Source: Atractiella rhizophila
Lineage: Eukaryota
Reading direction: 5' to 3'
Assembly: GCA_021432655.1 (NCBI GenBank)
Contig: MU271316.1
Span: 62,001 to 95,033, forward strand
Length of the DNA: 33,033 bases
In this document: positions 20,487-33,033 of the stretch, piece after piece
How positions within the stretch are numbered: position 1 is the stretch's first letter
How the letters are laid out: the number at the start of each line of letters is the position of its first letter
Made by a program: the position numbers and the translations under genes
The notes under the pieces: generated by a model
The model's input: only the letters and a program-made list of their open reading frames with translations
The model's database searches: none
What the model was told of the DNA's origin: nothing

Positions 20487-22559
20487 ATGGATTTTGAAGT
20501 GGTCGCACGCTGTTCCACGACAAGAGCGAGGGTTTCGAGGATGGTTCACTTTCTTTCCTCTTTCATGCAAAGTTGTAAGCTTACTTTGTAATGGGAGTGC
20601 AGAAACTTACACATACGACTACAATGCTGCCGACATTCATGCCAGTTGCAACAGTGCGCTCTGTGTTCCTTGCTTGAGAAGCTCGTTGGCTAATTCGATC
20701 GAGCGATCCAGCAAGCAGTGATCAAAGGTCTCACTCCACTTCAAGTAACTACGATCTTTCCATCTTCCTCTCAAGAGAAGCGAGAAGAAGTCGATCCTTC
20801 CATCTCCCTCATCCTCAACAACACATACCATCTCGACCTCCGCCCAGGTACCGAGATCCTCGACCTGTACGGCGGCAGCCACAACTTTCAAGGCTGGTCC
20901 AACAACCTGCTCACTGGTCCGTCTGCTTTTCTCCTGCATAACGAAGAACGTCACTGACCCGTTAGGCAACTTTATCTCGTGGAACACCAAAGATTCAGGA
21001 GGTTTCCAAATGGTTTCCCTCGTCGCCCTCTCAAAGGTAACGGAAGAAGGAGTCGAGTTTTCATCGCCGTATGATCCAACTCATCTCACCCTGTTGAGCC
21101 CAGAGAAGAGCATGGAGACACAGCATTCAATCGGGGCGGATATCATGATGTCTGTCCTCTTCCTCCAACTGTTCTCCTCACATGATATCTTACATTGGGA
21201 TCATGGTGTAGGCAACTTGATGATGTCGTTGCCAGTCTAACGACAGGAGAAAGGGTAGAGGAAGCGATGTGGCGTTCTGTTCGCTGTGCGTTTTATCTCT
21301 TTCCTAGATTTCTGACTCAAACTCAATCGAATGAAAAGGGCTTGATCGCTGCATTGCTTTTCACAAGGCTTCAGGAAAGGAAAAGACACAGAATTTATTC
21401 GCCATCATTCAGGGTATCAGTCTTCATCTTATGTTGAACCAGTTGTGATTGTGTGCGGACAGGTGGCCTTGATGAACGATTGCGAGATATTTGTCTCACA
21501 GAGATGTTAAAACGGTCTCCGTCTTTGCCGGGATATGCTATCGGAGGGTCTGTTCCCATCATGCGAATTTCGTAGAAGACCAACTGATGGAGTGTGGATG
21601 ATACAGATTGAGTGGAGGAGAAGCGAAGGACACATTTTGGCGGATGCAAGATTTCTTTAAGAATTTGGACGTTGACTGATTTCCTCCAGAGTTGAAATGT
21701 GTGCCAAACGACTACCGCCAGAGAAACCACGATACTGCATGGGAATAGGTTATGGCGAAGGTTTGTCCTTTCGTCCACTCAAAGTACTCTTAAACTCATC
21801 GTTACATTATCAGACATCCTAGTCTGCGTCGCCTTAGGAGTAGACATGGTACGTCTCTCATCGTTCGAAATCCATCTCATAGAAAAAATCTGTCAAAGGC
21901 CGACTGCGTCTTCCCAACTCGAACCGCGTACGCTTTCTCGCATCATTCTTTCACAAAGTCTGATGGAAAGAGACGGAGACAGTCGTTTCGGAATAGCTTT
22001 CACCCCTCACGGTCCACTCAACCTCCGCCTCGCACGCTACTCGAAAGATTTCTCCGTGATCGATCCTTCCTGTCCTTGTCCGACTTGCGAATCGGGAGAA
22101 GGAGTGACGAGAGCTTACTTGTATTCGTTGAGCGGGAAAGAGACTGTTGTCCGTTCTCCCCCTTCTTCACTGGTATCGTGTGGTGACGCAGAGAGGGAAT
22201 AGGGAGCTCATTATGTCACACAGCATAATTTGGCTTACATGGTGCGTGTTTCGCTTTCAGTTGATGAATCCGCCCATTGAACCTGAAAACCAAAGGCAAC
22301 TCTCATGGCGCGCACAAGGGCCGCAATTTTGGAGGATCGGTTTCCATCGTTCCTGAAAGAGTATTTCAGGTCCTATTATCACGAAGCCAAGAACTACCCG
22401 TTCGTCTTGCGCTAGTAAAATACAGAGGATGCTGATGAGCATTGTAGCCGATGGGCAGTCGACGCTTTGCGATCTGTGGGTGTGGATTTACTAGAAGGTG
22501 AAAGTGTAGGCGTCGAAAGTTTAGGAGAGTCGAATGGCGTGAAATGGGACTTTGCATGA
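20487..22559 (+). CDS. QTRT1: Queuine tRNA-ribosyltransferase catalytic subunit (eukaryotic TGT)
   Basis: [92 protein letters not shown], and the Zn site CPCPTC...HN. DDV and LSGGE are the eukaryotic queuine-accepting variants of bacterial DEC and LAVGE. Confidence 0.95.
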
Positions 22560-22645
22560 TTACGGAAACCTACGTGCTAGAAACGTGATGGTGGATTATA
22601 GAGCTCTACCTAAAATATACATCCTGATACTTTTATAGTAAACAG

Positions 22646-23471
22646 CTACTTCTTCCCTGCCGCCGCAACCGCAGGCGTAACACCCGCATTACCCACATTC
22701 CACCCTCGCGCTCTCAAAGCTCTCACGACCTTCGGCGTGACAGCCGCCGTAACCCCAAGACGAAACGGGAAGAGGACGGTCTTATGAATGGCGTAAGCGA
22801 GGGCGAAGGTGGTCCAAAAAATGCTCTGCGGCTTCCTCTCCCCCTCCGCCTTCTCCTCTTCCGTCTTCGGCGCCAACGCGTCCTTCGCCACCTGGATCTC
22901 GTCGTGCATCTGCTCCGAGACTGTCCGCCCTTGAGCGTCTTTGGGGAGGGTGGGAGCGACCCGTTTCCAGTTTAGGTGGTGGAGGATGAAATCCTCAAAC
23001 TCTTTCACACGGTCCGCACCTGCGTTCCACAACCAACAACACAGACCCGGAAGAAGTTGTTCACATTTGACGTAAAAGTTTGGTTGCAGGAAGGACGAAC
23101 CTGCAGCGTAGATTGTGGCCCACGTTATGCCTAAATCCAAGCCACTGAGTAGGGTATAAATGACGACGGCGGTGGCTCCATGCCGCCGAAGGAGTACGCG
23201 AAAAGAAGGCCGCTCTTCTGATGCAGCTGCTGAGCCAGAAGAGGAGGAAGAGGAAGTATGGCGTCGGAAGAGTCTCAGGGAGCCAAAGTGTCGCCGCCTG
23301 CTCGTACTCATCAGCTGGAGGTGCGGGATGGAAGCGGCATTACCGTGACGCTCTGAGCTGGAGAATGTTGGTTGGTTGCCTGTTGCCCGTGCGGAAACTG
23401 GGGCTTGCAGAAGGAAGCCGGAGGAAGGTGCGTGAGAGGAGTAGGCGGGAGAGAGGGACGGAGGCTGACAT
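22646..23471 (-). CDS. FAM210/DUF1279 family protein (Nat2-like), probably mitochondrial; 3 exons
   Basis: Arg/Ser/Leu-rich, acid-free N-terminal presequence MSASVPLSRLLLSRTFLRLPS. Family motifs LRRHGATAVVIYTLLSGLD and FWTTFALAYAIHKTVLFPFRLGVTAAVTPKVV are present. Confidence 0.88.
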
Positions 23472-24804
23472 CGAGTTGACTTGAGAAATCTGAGTTGGAT
23501 GAAGTAGATTCTCGCTGTGTGCTTACATCCGATTACGGAATGCGCGTCACTTCGGCTGCGGGTCGGTCATCGGGTCATTCCGACTTCGGGTGGAAGAACT
23601 GTCAAATGACAAGTGCCGAAACTGTCTCTTCAAGGTTCTCAAACATGTGAAGCACAGCGGGAAACAGGCTGTTTATATGATGTCTAAAAGAATAGAAGAG
23701 CGGTTCATGAGTCAACTGCTGCAACCGCAGAGACAACCTCACCATTAACGGAAAGAGTATACTTGCAATAGTCTACAGGGCCCTCCGATGAGTGACTTGG
23801 GATTTCATAATAAGCACAACCTGACATCGCAAGATGCAAGATGATTTGGGACATCCGATAAGCGATACGGACATCGGGCCCCCATCGGCCCCATAGCTGA
23901 GGATGATGTGTCGAATGAATGAAATCTGCTTTTCTTCTTCTGATGTAGCATGACGTGAAGAAGCTGCGTGACGGGAGTCAAGGCGAGGTTGGTCTGGCGT
24001 GCGTGATTCCGATTTCAGTTGTCTTGGTCTAGCTTGGACCAACTTGGACTTTCCTCCGCGTCATTACGTTCTCCATATATTGCAAACCATCCTAACTCTA
24101 TTACCTCTAACCAGGGCATCTCAACCCAGGGCATGACAGAATTCAGAGAAATGCATATAGGGAAGCTCGGAGACTTTTAATGAAATGGCTACGCCTTCAA
24201 TTCCCGTTCAGCGTGAAAAAAACGCGTCGCCCTTGCGTCTTTCCTCGTTTTCGTTTTCATACTCGGAGAAGCACAGAGATTCTCCAAATCGCGGCGCATG
24301 CGTTCCATTTCATCCTCCTCGTTCCGTCTCTGTTTCTTTGGTTTCCAAAGTTCGATCGCCTCCGGACCTGGCAATGGCAATGCAACAGTAATTCCTGCAT
24401 CCTCACCCACACCTTCACTCCCTACGCCCTGCACGTCTTGAACCGTTGAAAGGTGCCTTGAACAATAAGTTGAAAGGTTCCATAGAAAATGTGGCACCAA
24501 ACTCTCGGTTGTCGGTTTCTTCATCCGAAAGTGGGACAAAAAAATGCGCAATTCCGGCTCTCGGGATCTAAATCCCCCGCTTCCCCGCAATCATATGGGT
24601 CAAAAATAGAACGCGCTGGGTTCCAAACGTTATCGCACAGGACGGACGACCCGGATTCCAAGCCTTTCTGGTCACTCAGTCGAACCCTCCGAAGTTTGGG
24701 GTCAAACTGTCTCAGAATAAAAAGAGGAGACATGTTGTCAAGAAACAGCTCTCGCTCCTCCCTCCATCGTTTGATTGTTGTATTTTCGACGTCGGCATTT
24801 TGAG

Positions 24805-26256
24805 ATGGCCCAAGCAAATCACCTCGAACAAGGATACGCGGACGTCCTCGAGCCTCACTACATCCCGGCTCCCCCTGTCTCCCCTCCCCTCCCAGGATGG
24901 CTCCTCACTTGGGAAAGGATCAGACCAAGATGGTTGATGGAATTGATCGCTGAATCATTCGGTGTCTTCCTCTACACATTTTTCGTGCGTTTGCAATCGT
25001 TTTCAGTGAAACTAGATATTGACTTGCTTTTTTCGTTTGGACAGGGCGTTGGTGCCACCGCTGCCTTCGTTTTCGGCGGATTTCTGAAGGAGGACGGAAT
25101 TGGTAACATCCTGACCATTGGACTCGCCTATGGTCTTGGGATCGTGTTCGCCATCATTGCAGCGGCACCCACATCGTATGTTTTCATCGCCTGATCCTTT
25201 CCCCATTTCCCCTCCTTCCCGGTCTCCTCTTTTCAGAAAACACACCACCTATCACGCGACTAACTTTGAATTATCTCTTGGGCAACAGTGGAGGACATCT
25301 TTCACCCGGTTACACCATCGCTTTCGCAGTCTTCAAAGGCTTCTCGTGGAAGAAAGTGCCGCTCTACATCATCGCCCAGATCTTTGGTGGCTTTATCGCC
25401 GTCCTCCTTGTCTATGCCCAGTACAGGCAGGCTTTCGTTCAGGTCGATACTGCCCTTGCTGCCGCTGGCCCTGCTGGTAATTTGATCAAGTTCTCTCCCA
25501 CCGGAAACGCTGGTATTCTTGCCATCTTCCCCCAAACTGGACAGAAACTCGGATACGTTTTCCTTAACGGTTCGTTTTTATTCCTCCTCGATGGCACATG
25601 TTGATGGACTTTGGATGCAGAGTTCGTGTGCTGTTTTATCCTTGCTTTCTTGGTAGCGACCATCCTCGGTTTGTCTTTCCCTCTCAATAACGAATACGAG
25701 TCCTGATGAGCGTGACAGACGCTTCCAACTTCTTCGTCTCCTACACCTCTGCGCCCTGGCTCATCGGACTCGCTTACACGGTCATCATCTGGGGTTTCTC
25801 CGCTGACACCGTCGTCCTCAACACTGCTCGTGATCTCGGAGGCAGGTTCGCTTGCGGTGTCATCTATGGTAGCGGTGCGTTCCACCTTGTTCCTGCAGTA
25901 ATCAACAGCTAAATTCGTGTCACAGATTGTTTCCCTACTAAATACTCGGCTCTCGCCGCCCTCACCAACATCCCCGCCACTATTGTATGTTTTTAATTAC
26001 TCCCACCAGCCTTGTGTTGACCGTAACACCACAGCTCGGAGTCCTCACTCAAACCCTCCTCTTCATGGACTCCAACCGTCCCGTCGTCAACCCTGCTCCT
26101 GAAGGGTCCGCCGAGATGATGTCGATCAGGAGGAAAGCCACTATGGAGGGAGGATCGAGCTACGCGCCCTCGAGGCGGCCCACCGTCCAGTCTACTGTGC
26201 CCGCTAAAGAGGCGGAGGCGAAGACGAACGGCAGCGACCACACGGAGACCAAGTAG
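24805..26256 (+). CDS. Aquaglyceroporin (MIP family) with SPG/NTA in place of NPA/NPA
   Basis: ELIAESFGVFLY, PTSGGHLSPGYT, YIIAQIFGGF, GILAIFP, FLNEF and VLNTARDLGGR (the Asp after Arg is the glyceroporin signature). Multiple hydrophobic segments are present and GT-AG introns can be placed. Confidence 0.93.
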
Positions 26257-26631
26257 CCGATTTATGATGCTGTGATTGTGACGGATGCTGTTGGTTTGGG
26301 TATTGGTTATTAATGGTCCTGGTTTAGTTGTCAACAAAATGCATTTTTCGTAATCGTTTTCAAAAGCTTTGAGCCCCATTGTACCTGAGCCCATTCTGCA
26401 AATTGAGAGCACAGTCAACGAATGAGAAAGAAGCAAATTTTCAAACCAAGTTGGAAGCAGAGATGAGAAAAGACTTAACACAACGATTCAAAATCAAAAC
26501 TACGGGCTCACTCATGGCATAAGGTTCGGGGCGCCACTTTCCACGTCCTCATCCCAGTTGTCTGTCTCGTTCTGCCTTCTCCTTCCCCTCCGCTATCCAC
26601 TTTCCCTCTTCGACTTTCGAGAACAATTAAA

Positions 26632-27604
26632 ATGGAAGAAATAATCCAGCAACTCGCGCACTTCCGTCGACTAGGCGTTCGACACGTGAGCCCTCCACTT
26701 CCACTTCCAGGCATGAACATGACTAGGGCTGATGATGTGGCCGGTTGGATAGACACTCCTCCAAATGCTCAACTTCGCAATGGTCATCTCCTCCACCCTT
26801 TGCATGTGGAAAGGTCTCGGCGTGCTCTGCAACACCGAGTCTCCCATCGTCGTCGTTCTTTCGTTCGTTTTTCCTCTTCTCTCCTCTCCACCTCTGCCAC
26901 CACACACTCTCTTCGTCTCCTAAAGTTCAAGGCCTGACGAACTGTGGTGGAACGTAACAGGGGATCAATGGAACCCGCCTTCTACCGTGGAGACCTTCTG
27001 TTCCTCGCTCTTCCCCCTAGCTCCCCTCTCGAAGTTGGAGATATAACGGTGTACAATTCGCCACAGCAGTCTATACCTATCGTCCATCGGGTCGTGGAAA
27101 CGCATGATTACGTGGATAAGAAGGACAGGAAGACAAAACAGATGATATTGACCAAGGGAGACAACAATCAAGATGTGCGTTTGTCCTCTGCTACTCTATA
27201 CTTAACCCTTGTTGTCTTGAGGTTGAGTAGAACAATTGAGTTGATTGACTGATGTCGGTTGATGTTGGTGTGGATAGAGCGATGAAGTCTTTTACGCCGG
27301 AAAGAGGTATCTCGAGGCAGAGAAAGTGATAGGAAAGGTCTATGGGTCCGTCTTCTGTCCCTTTCCAGCAAACTTCCAGCTGACAATTAAAGTAGATTTG
27401 TTCCATACGTCGGATACGTGACAATAGCGATGGTGCGTCAATCACTTTCACTTGTCCCTGCTCGTCATTCCTTTATTTTCTTGTCTTTTTCTTTCCTTGC
27501 CAAGTGATGCAAGGCTGATTAGACTGTTATAGACGGACTTTCCATACCTCAAATACGCGATGATAGGGATCATGGGGCTTTGGACGCTTATACAGAGGGA
27601 ATAA
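26632..27604 (+). CDS. SEC11: Signal peptidase complex catalytic subunit
   Basis: [71 protein letters not shown]...IQRE*. These include the Ser/His/Asp S26B motifs. Confidence 0.96.
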
Positions 27605-28066
27605 CGACTGCATTTGTTGCCTTACTGAATTGTTCTATCAAAACAACTAGTCACGATTTCAATGGCTCACATTGGCACAGCCATGAAGAAAGCAGCAGAC
27701 CAAGATTGCTGTACCAGAGCAGCGTTCATCAAATTAGAGGATGATATTTGTCTGTCTTCAGTGAGTTCAAGAATGATGACTCGGAACCTCAGCTTGAAAA
27801 TGTAGAACCGTTGAGTTGTTGCTCATTTGGTTTGGGACGCATGATGAGAATATTTTCGATTCACGTTCAGAAGGTGATTCGGAAAGAGTCCATTATGTAG
27901 CTGTCATTGGTTCCTTTGCCGCGTTGCAACTGAAGCAGAATTGTTTTCATAACGGGATACATGCGATCATCACACCTTGTGAACTCCCCATTAGTTCCAG
28001 TCCTTATGCTTGCAAATGCGAAGGAAATGTTTTTGGTAGTTCTTTGCTCCAGTATCCTTCCTGCCG

Positions 28067-29953
28067 TCACTGAGCAGCGTTCCTACTCTGTTTCCTCACC
28101 TCTTCAATGATTTCCCCCACAATATAGCCAGGTAAATCTTCCTTTGCTTGAAACACCGCGTAACTTGGCGTTTCAACGACATTCACCTAACCCATCCAAC
28201 GATTAGATAGCCGTTAGCTACTGAATGTCAAGTAATAGTACCCAATGATGAGCCAAATATTGTACGGCTGCTCTTCTCACTTCATGGTATTGCCGCGCAA
28301 AGGGAGATGAAACTTCGGCTAGAACCCCTTGAACGGTTAAGCCCTCGATAATGCTTTCCAAAGCCAACTGTCGCAATGGTATGATTCTGTGCTCTTGAAG
28401 TGAAGTTAGTTATTGTTCGACTCCGTTTTGAAGAAATCAAACCATCTGCGAGTCGGTACATAGACTTGGGTGAAATTGGGAATGGCAGAGAAGCCCATGG
28501 TGCAGGGTTGAGCTGTGCTTGTAATAAACCTTCTGGTTCGTAGCTGCTTCTCGTTCGACCTCGAAACATACTTCGTTCTGCAATTTTGCCGATCCCAGTG
28601 GGGCGAAAGAGATTTCGCTGCAGAGTAAGACCCTCGTTGTTAACAGCAGAAGGACTGGACAAAGTAACAACCGCACCCAGAGAGCAGATAATACAGGAAA
28701 GCGCGGTAAGTCGAATAGCAACTGTGTTTGATACCGACCACGGTGACAGAGTGAGGGTTATCTCTCGGTTCCTATGAAACCATTACTCATTCCTTCTTGC
28801 TGTCCTTTCAGCGCATTAGAAATCGTGACGGCTCACCAATGTTTGGTCGAAAATTGCTTTATCGAGTTCTTTGTCCGAGTCGTCATCCCTTATCGATCCA
28901 GATCCGCTACCAAAACCGCCGAAGGCGAACACTATGACCTTGTGAGGTTTGTAGACTGCAACAAGTATGGACTCACTATCATTGAAGTACTCGCTGGCAG
29001 TGCAGAGCAGTTTACTGGCTGTGTATATTTTCATCGTCTTTCCGTGTGCCCCTGCAAAAGAAAAAGCCACGTCTGCATACAATGGATCGTCGAAGAGCTG
29101 GAGATGATTGTGCAAGTTGTTGAATCGATTTACAATGCGGTGGACAGCTCTCTCAACTTCAGGTATAGCCCTTAAGGTTATTTGAGCTGGGACCTGAGCA
29201 AATACACAAAGCCTGAAATCATCGCAATCGTTCGCAAAAAATGCTAACAAACCTCTGCTGAAATCCAAGGTGGAAGGTCAAAGGACTCAATGCTGTTTTG
29301 AAACATTGCGAACTCGGAGGTGACTTTTTCACCATTCGACGAAGTTAACTGCACCGTGAGTGAGAGGTGCAAGATCCATAATTTTGAGAAGTCGGCTCAC
29401 GTCAATGCTAGCCCAATGTTCAAACATCGGAGGGGTGCTTGTAAAAATAGTACACCTATATCCATGTCCTTCGGGAGTATGCGACAACTCCATCTGATGC
29501 AGCTGGCATGAGTAGGCAAGACCGTGAACACTGCACGCACATTCCAATTGCGGTCGTCCTCAGCGGAAGGAACCAGCAAGGGTGATCCCTCCACCCAAAG
29601 AATGTCCCAAAGGAAGTATTTCTACGCCAAAATCGTTGAAATGTACCGCCTTGATCTGAGAAGGAGCGCACCATGGGGCTGACTCGATTTACGAACGAAA
29701 CAGGCGGCGCAGGTCCACTTAAAATTTCCCGCTCAGAGTCTGGTGTTGCTACTCTCTTTCCGTTGCAACCTGGGAAGGAGACTGGCATAGCCATGTCCGC
29801 CCCTGAACTTGGAGTTGGACTTCGTGGTTTGGTAGGCCCGAAGTCATGTTCGATCAAAGCTGGAGACTTTGACCTCTCCAATGCTCCCTTCTTTCCTTTT
29901 CCTTTACCTTTTTTCCCTTTGCCCAACATACGTGATGGCGATGCAAACTCCAT
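28067..29953 (-). CDS. BTB/POZ-domain protein (basidiomycete-type), multi-exon
   Basis: LFDDPLYADVAFSF...IYTASKLLCTASEYF (BTB start), YSTYRAFLYYLLSGEISFAPL, SPKSMYRLAD...LRQLAL...LTVQGVLAEV...YHEVRRAAVQYLAHHW. The Lys/Gly-rich N-terminus GKGKKGKGKGKKG may be an NLS. The 5' exons are less certain. Confidence 0.8.
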
Positions 29954-31040
29954 GATGGAGAGATATTGGGGGAATACTGACTCGAAGCAGCAATTTATGC
30001 AAAAATCTCGTCGGACTCGTCGGTTGCGTCGGCTGAGCACTTGATATCCCGAACGCTGTATGCATCCAGGTATGCAACGAACCGTTGACAGTGATATGAG
30101 CATAGCAAGCCACGTGGATTGTTATTAATGGACATTAAAGGAGGCTGTCAAGAAGATTCGTTAACCCAAAAGTGAAAATGAGATGAGGCGGATGTAATAA
30201 TGATCAGCCTTGGTTCATGAGAGTGTGTAGAGAAGAATATATTGAGAGAAGCTTTCCCTGCTAGGTATTCATCGATTATTATAAGTAATGCATTATTGCT
30301 GGTGGTTCAAGCTAGAGCATCCGCATAAGCGCATTTCTTCATCCAGAGTGTTATTACAGCTGGCGTGGTCTCCCAAACTACACGAAAAAGAGAAGGAAAC
30401 TGCGTTAATTCTAGAAGTCTACGCGTCCACAACGATCGAGGTTCCGCTCTATTTGGGGCCACTCAGTTCTGCTAGGTCGCCTCCCATTGACAAAGGCAAA
30501 GAAAAAGCTCACTTCAAGTGAACATTTGAATCCTAAGGATGGTGCAATTACATTATTCTTTACACCTCTACCCATCCCTTACATGAGCACTCCCGCTCTT
30601 ATCTTTCTAAGCTGTTCTTCACGTTGTGGTAACTCATGACTCCTCAGTGCCTTTGCTTGAACTTGAGATCACCGCCGCTGCATTGTTGTGACTCGCCTGA
30701 ACGTACGCACCCCCAGATGATGTCATGGTCTTTGCTAGTATTTGGGGTACTCAATCTTCGTTCTTCAGTACTACTGACCTTGCTCAGCTGACCAGAATGT
30801 TCTTTCAATATCACGATATTGGAGAAGAGGAATAGGCAAATCCCACGAAACTCGTTTGGGATGCAAGGGATCCCGTCGTCTGACATGCATACTGCAATTG
30901 AACGAGATACATTGTGCTTTGTCCTGAATTGTTTGGAAGGTTCATCCTTCCCTTGAACAGCCAGACCTTGACAGTTTGAGGCGAAGGAGATCCGTCACCA
31001 CTGGGAGCATTTCCCAGTCGTTACTCACTAAATGGAAAAG

Positions 31041-32655
31041 GTTCGGTGGCAATCCGAACGAAGGTATGTAGTGGATTTGATAGACGTCTTCGTGCCATCG
31101 CACTAATTACTCACAAACAGTAACCCTCATGGGTCAGTCTGGCGGAGGTTTTGGCGTCGTAGGGCAAATGACACTGTATGACGGAAAGAAAGTCGGTATT
31201 TCTTCTCTCAACAGAGCATTGCAACAATCACTGATTCCAACACCAGCCCAATTTCAAGCGGACCATTCCCCGATCCATCCAACGATCTCCCTCTTTCACG
31301 GTCTCAGAACTCTCCGTGAGCAATTCCCCCAACTTCGGAGAATCTAAAGAGTGAATGGAAATGGGAAATAACAGGAACGTAACGCAGCCATCGCCGCTGT
31401 TCTGAACTGTCCCTCTTCCAGCTCGCAACTAGCCTGTTTCCGAAAAGCGAACGCGTCCGATTTCGTGAACGCCGTCTTGAGCGTGAACGGAGGTGGGAAG
31501 TGGGGCGGGAACAGCGGATTCGTTCCGACGGTGGATGGCTATACGCTCACTGATACAGTCAGTGAGTTTTTCTATCATGTTTTCTAAGTTCGCTGAAAAG
31601 AAGCTAATTCGAGATGTAATTAGCGCGATTATTCCAGTCTGGAAAATTCGCCAAAGTGCCCATGATCGCTGGAACGGTAACCGACGAATCTGGTCCGTTT
31701 CCCCATCCAACCATGCACTTTACGCATTTGTTGTCCTTGTTGACCATTCTTCACTTTATGGAATGCAGCCGCCGCAACCCCAAAGACAAGTTCGATTACG
31801 AACACAAGCTCCATCGGAGCATTCAACATGAGTTCGGAATACCTTTCCAAAGTCCAAAGTTTCTATCCCTTCAATTCGACCTTTGCTTCGCGTTCGGGGA
31901 CCGCAAACTTCTTCGTGAACGAATGGAGAGCAGCTGTTCAAGCCAATGCGGGCCTCGGCGAGGGAGGGATAGCTTGCAGCGTCGGTCTCCTCTCCCTCTT
32001 GCGTCCTTTCTTTTTCGACAGATCGTTGACTCCTTTTTTTTGGATGTAGGAACGTCTGGTGAATGCTGCTATGGCTGAATATGGTGGAAACACCAAACAC
32101 TGGGGGTTCCGTTTCGAAGCTCCTACCGTAACTCAGGGTGGACCGACGGGAGTAGCTTGGGTTGCCCATTCGGCTGATAATAGTTATCTCCAAGTGAGCC
32201 CTTCCTTTTCCTCTTCTTTCATATTGCGTAAGGGATTCAGGCTAAACCAATAACAGAACGCGACGGCGGTGATGACGGAACAAGAATTGGAGGTTGCAGA
32301 AGAATGGAGAGGGTACATCGGGAGCTTCATCAAGACTGGAGAGTGCGTTTCTTCCCCTCACATCACCTCGTTACTTCGTTTATCCTCCCTCGTTACCTTC
32401 AATACTTACTCCCGAAAAATAAACAGCCCGAACACTGAACGCGTCAAAGATTCAGTCTATTGGCCACCTTACAACGCTCTGGGAGACTACAACAACTCCC
32501 CCGTCCGCCTCGTCCCCGCGTTCCGATTCCCTTCCAACCCTGGAACGGGAACGCAGCAAAAGACAGGCACACAGCTGGAGGTTATGCAGCGTCCAGGGTT
32601 GGAGAGGTGCGATTGGTGGTTGAGCGAAGAGGTGATTGCTCAGATCAGAGCGTGA
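31041..32655 (+). CDS. Type-B carboxylesterase/lipase, apparently 5'-truncated (possible pseudogene)
   Basis: Spliced FGGNPNEVTLMGQSGGG (nucleophile elbow), QLACFRK, FVPTVDG, GKFAKVPMIAGTVTDE (acid), VAHSAD (His), YIGSFIKTGDPN...WPPY. I found no upstream exons with GIPYA, EDCL, HGGG or GLLDQ motifs. Confidence 0.8.
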
Positions 32656-33033
32656 TATGTACTTGAGCACTATTTGGGACGCGGCGAAGTTGGAGTTGCT
32701 GTTTGTCGTCGAGTACTTAATGGAATATGGGGCAGCTAATGTTCGATGAAAATAAAACGTGATGAGAAGCACGATAACGTATTCATTAACGTATTGGCGT
32801 CCAAACATTGGACTCGGACCATGTTTGCTTCACAACTTGACAGCGTTCTCCCCGATCATGATCGCGACTTTCTCATGCGAACTGGTTGTTCTTCATATAA
32901 CCGTACGTTGCCTCGGCCTGCCTCATGCTCGAACCCCTCACTTCTTTTTTCGCATCGAAGACGGGGGACGGACAAGGAGGTATCAGTCAAGCAACCAACC
33001 GCTCTGCTGTTCTGCTCCCTTCTCCAGGAATCC

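Noticed and set aside
23472..24804. ORFs and a short CCAGGGCAT direct repeat (about 24111-24134) upstream of the aquaporin
   Set aside because: No recognisable product, and two copies of a 9-mer are too weak to call.
32656..33033. Window end
   Set aside because: No supported feature; probably 3' UTR plus upstream region of the next gene.

Overview
Gene-dense, intron-rich eukaryotic DNA with short (about 43-110 nt) spliceosomal introns and CTRAY-type branch points, most consistent with a basidiomycete fungus (species not determinable here). I spliced 14 genes by eye. In order: a small conserved acidic protein; a secreted Pro/Val-rich tandem-repeat protein with periodic KR sites; V-ATPase subunit G (VMA10); a DsbA/FrnE-type CPWC oxidoreductase; DUF4140/DUF4139 paralog A; a GH127 glycosidase; an aldehyde dehydrogenase; DUF4140/DUF4139 paralog B; prefoldin 4 (GIM3); queuine tRNA-ribosyltransferase (QTRT1); a FAM210/DUF1279 protein; an aquaglyceroporin with non-NPA motifs; SEC11; and a BTB/POZ protein. 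A 15th locus is a type-B carboxylesterase that appears to lack its 5' third. The most notable observations are a candidate Kex2-processed repeat precursor with a KR after every third repeat unit, and the symmetric block DUF4139-> <-GH127 | ALDH-> <-DUF4139. Three GC-AG introns are also present. I recognised no RNA genes, transposons or CRISPR arrays. All exon boundaries are manual inferences and no database searches were run.
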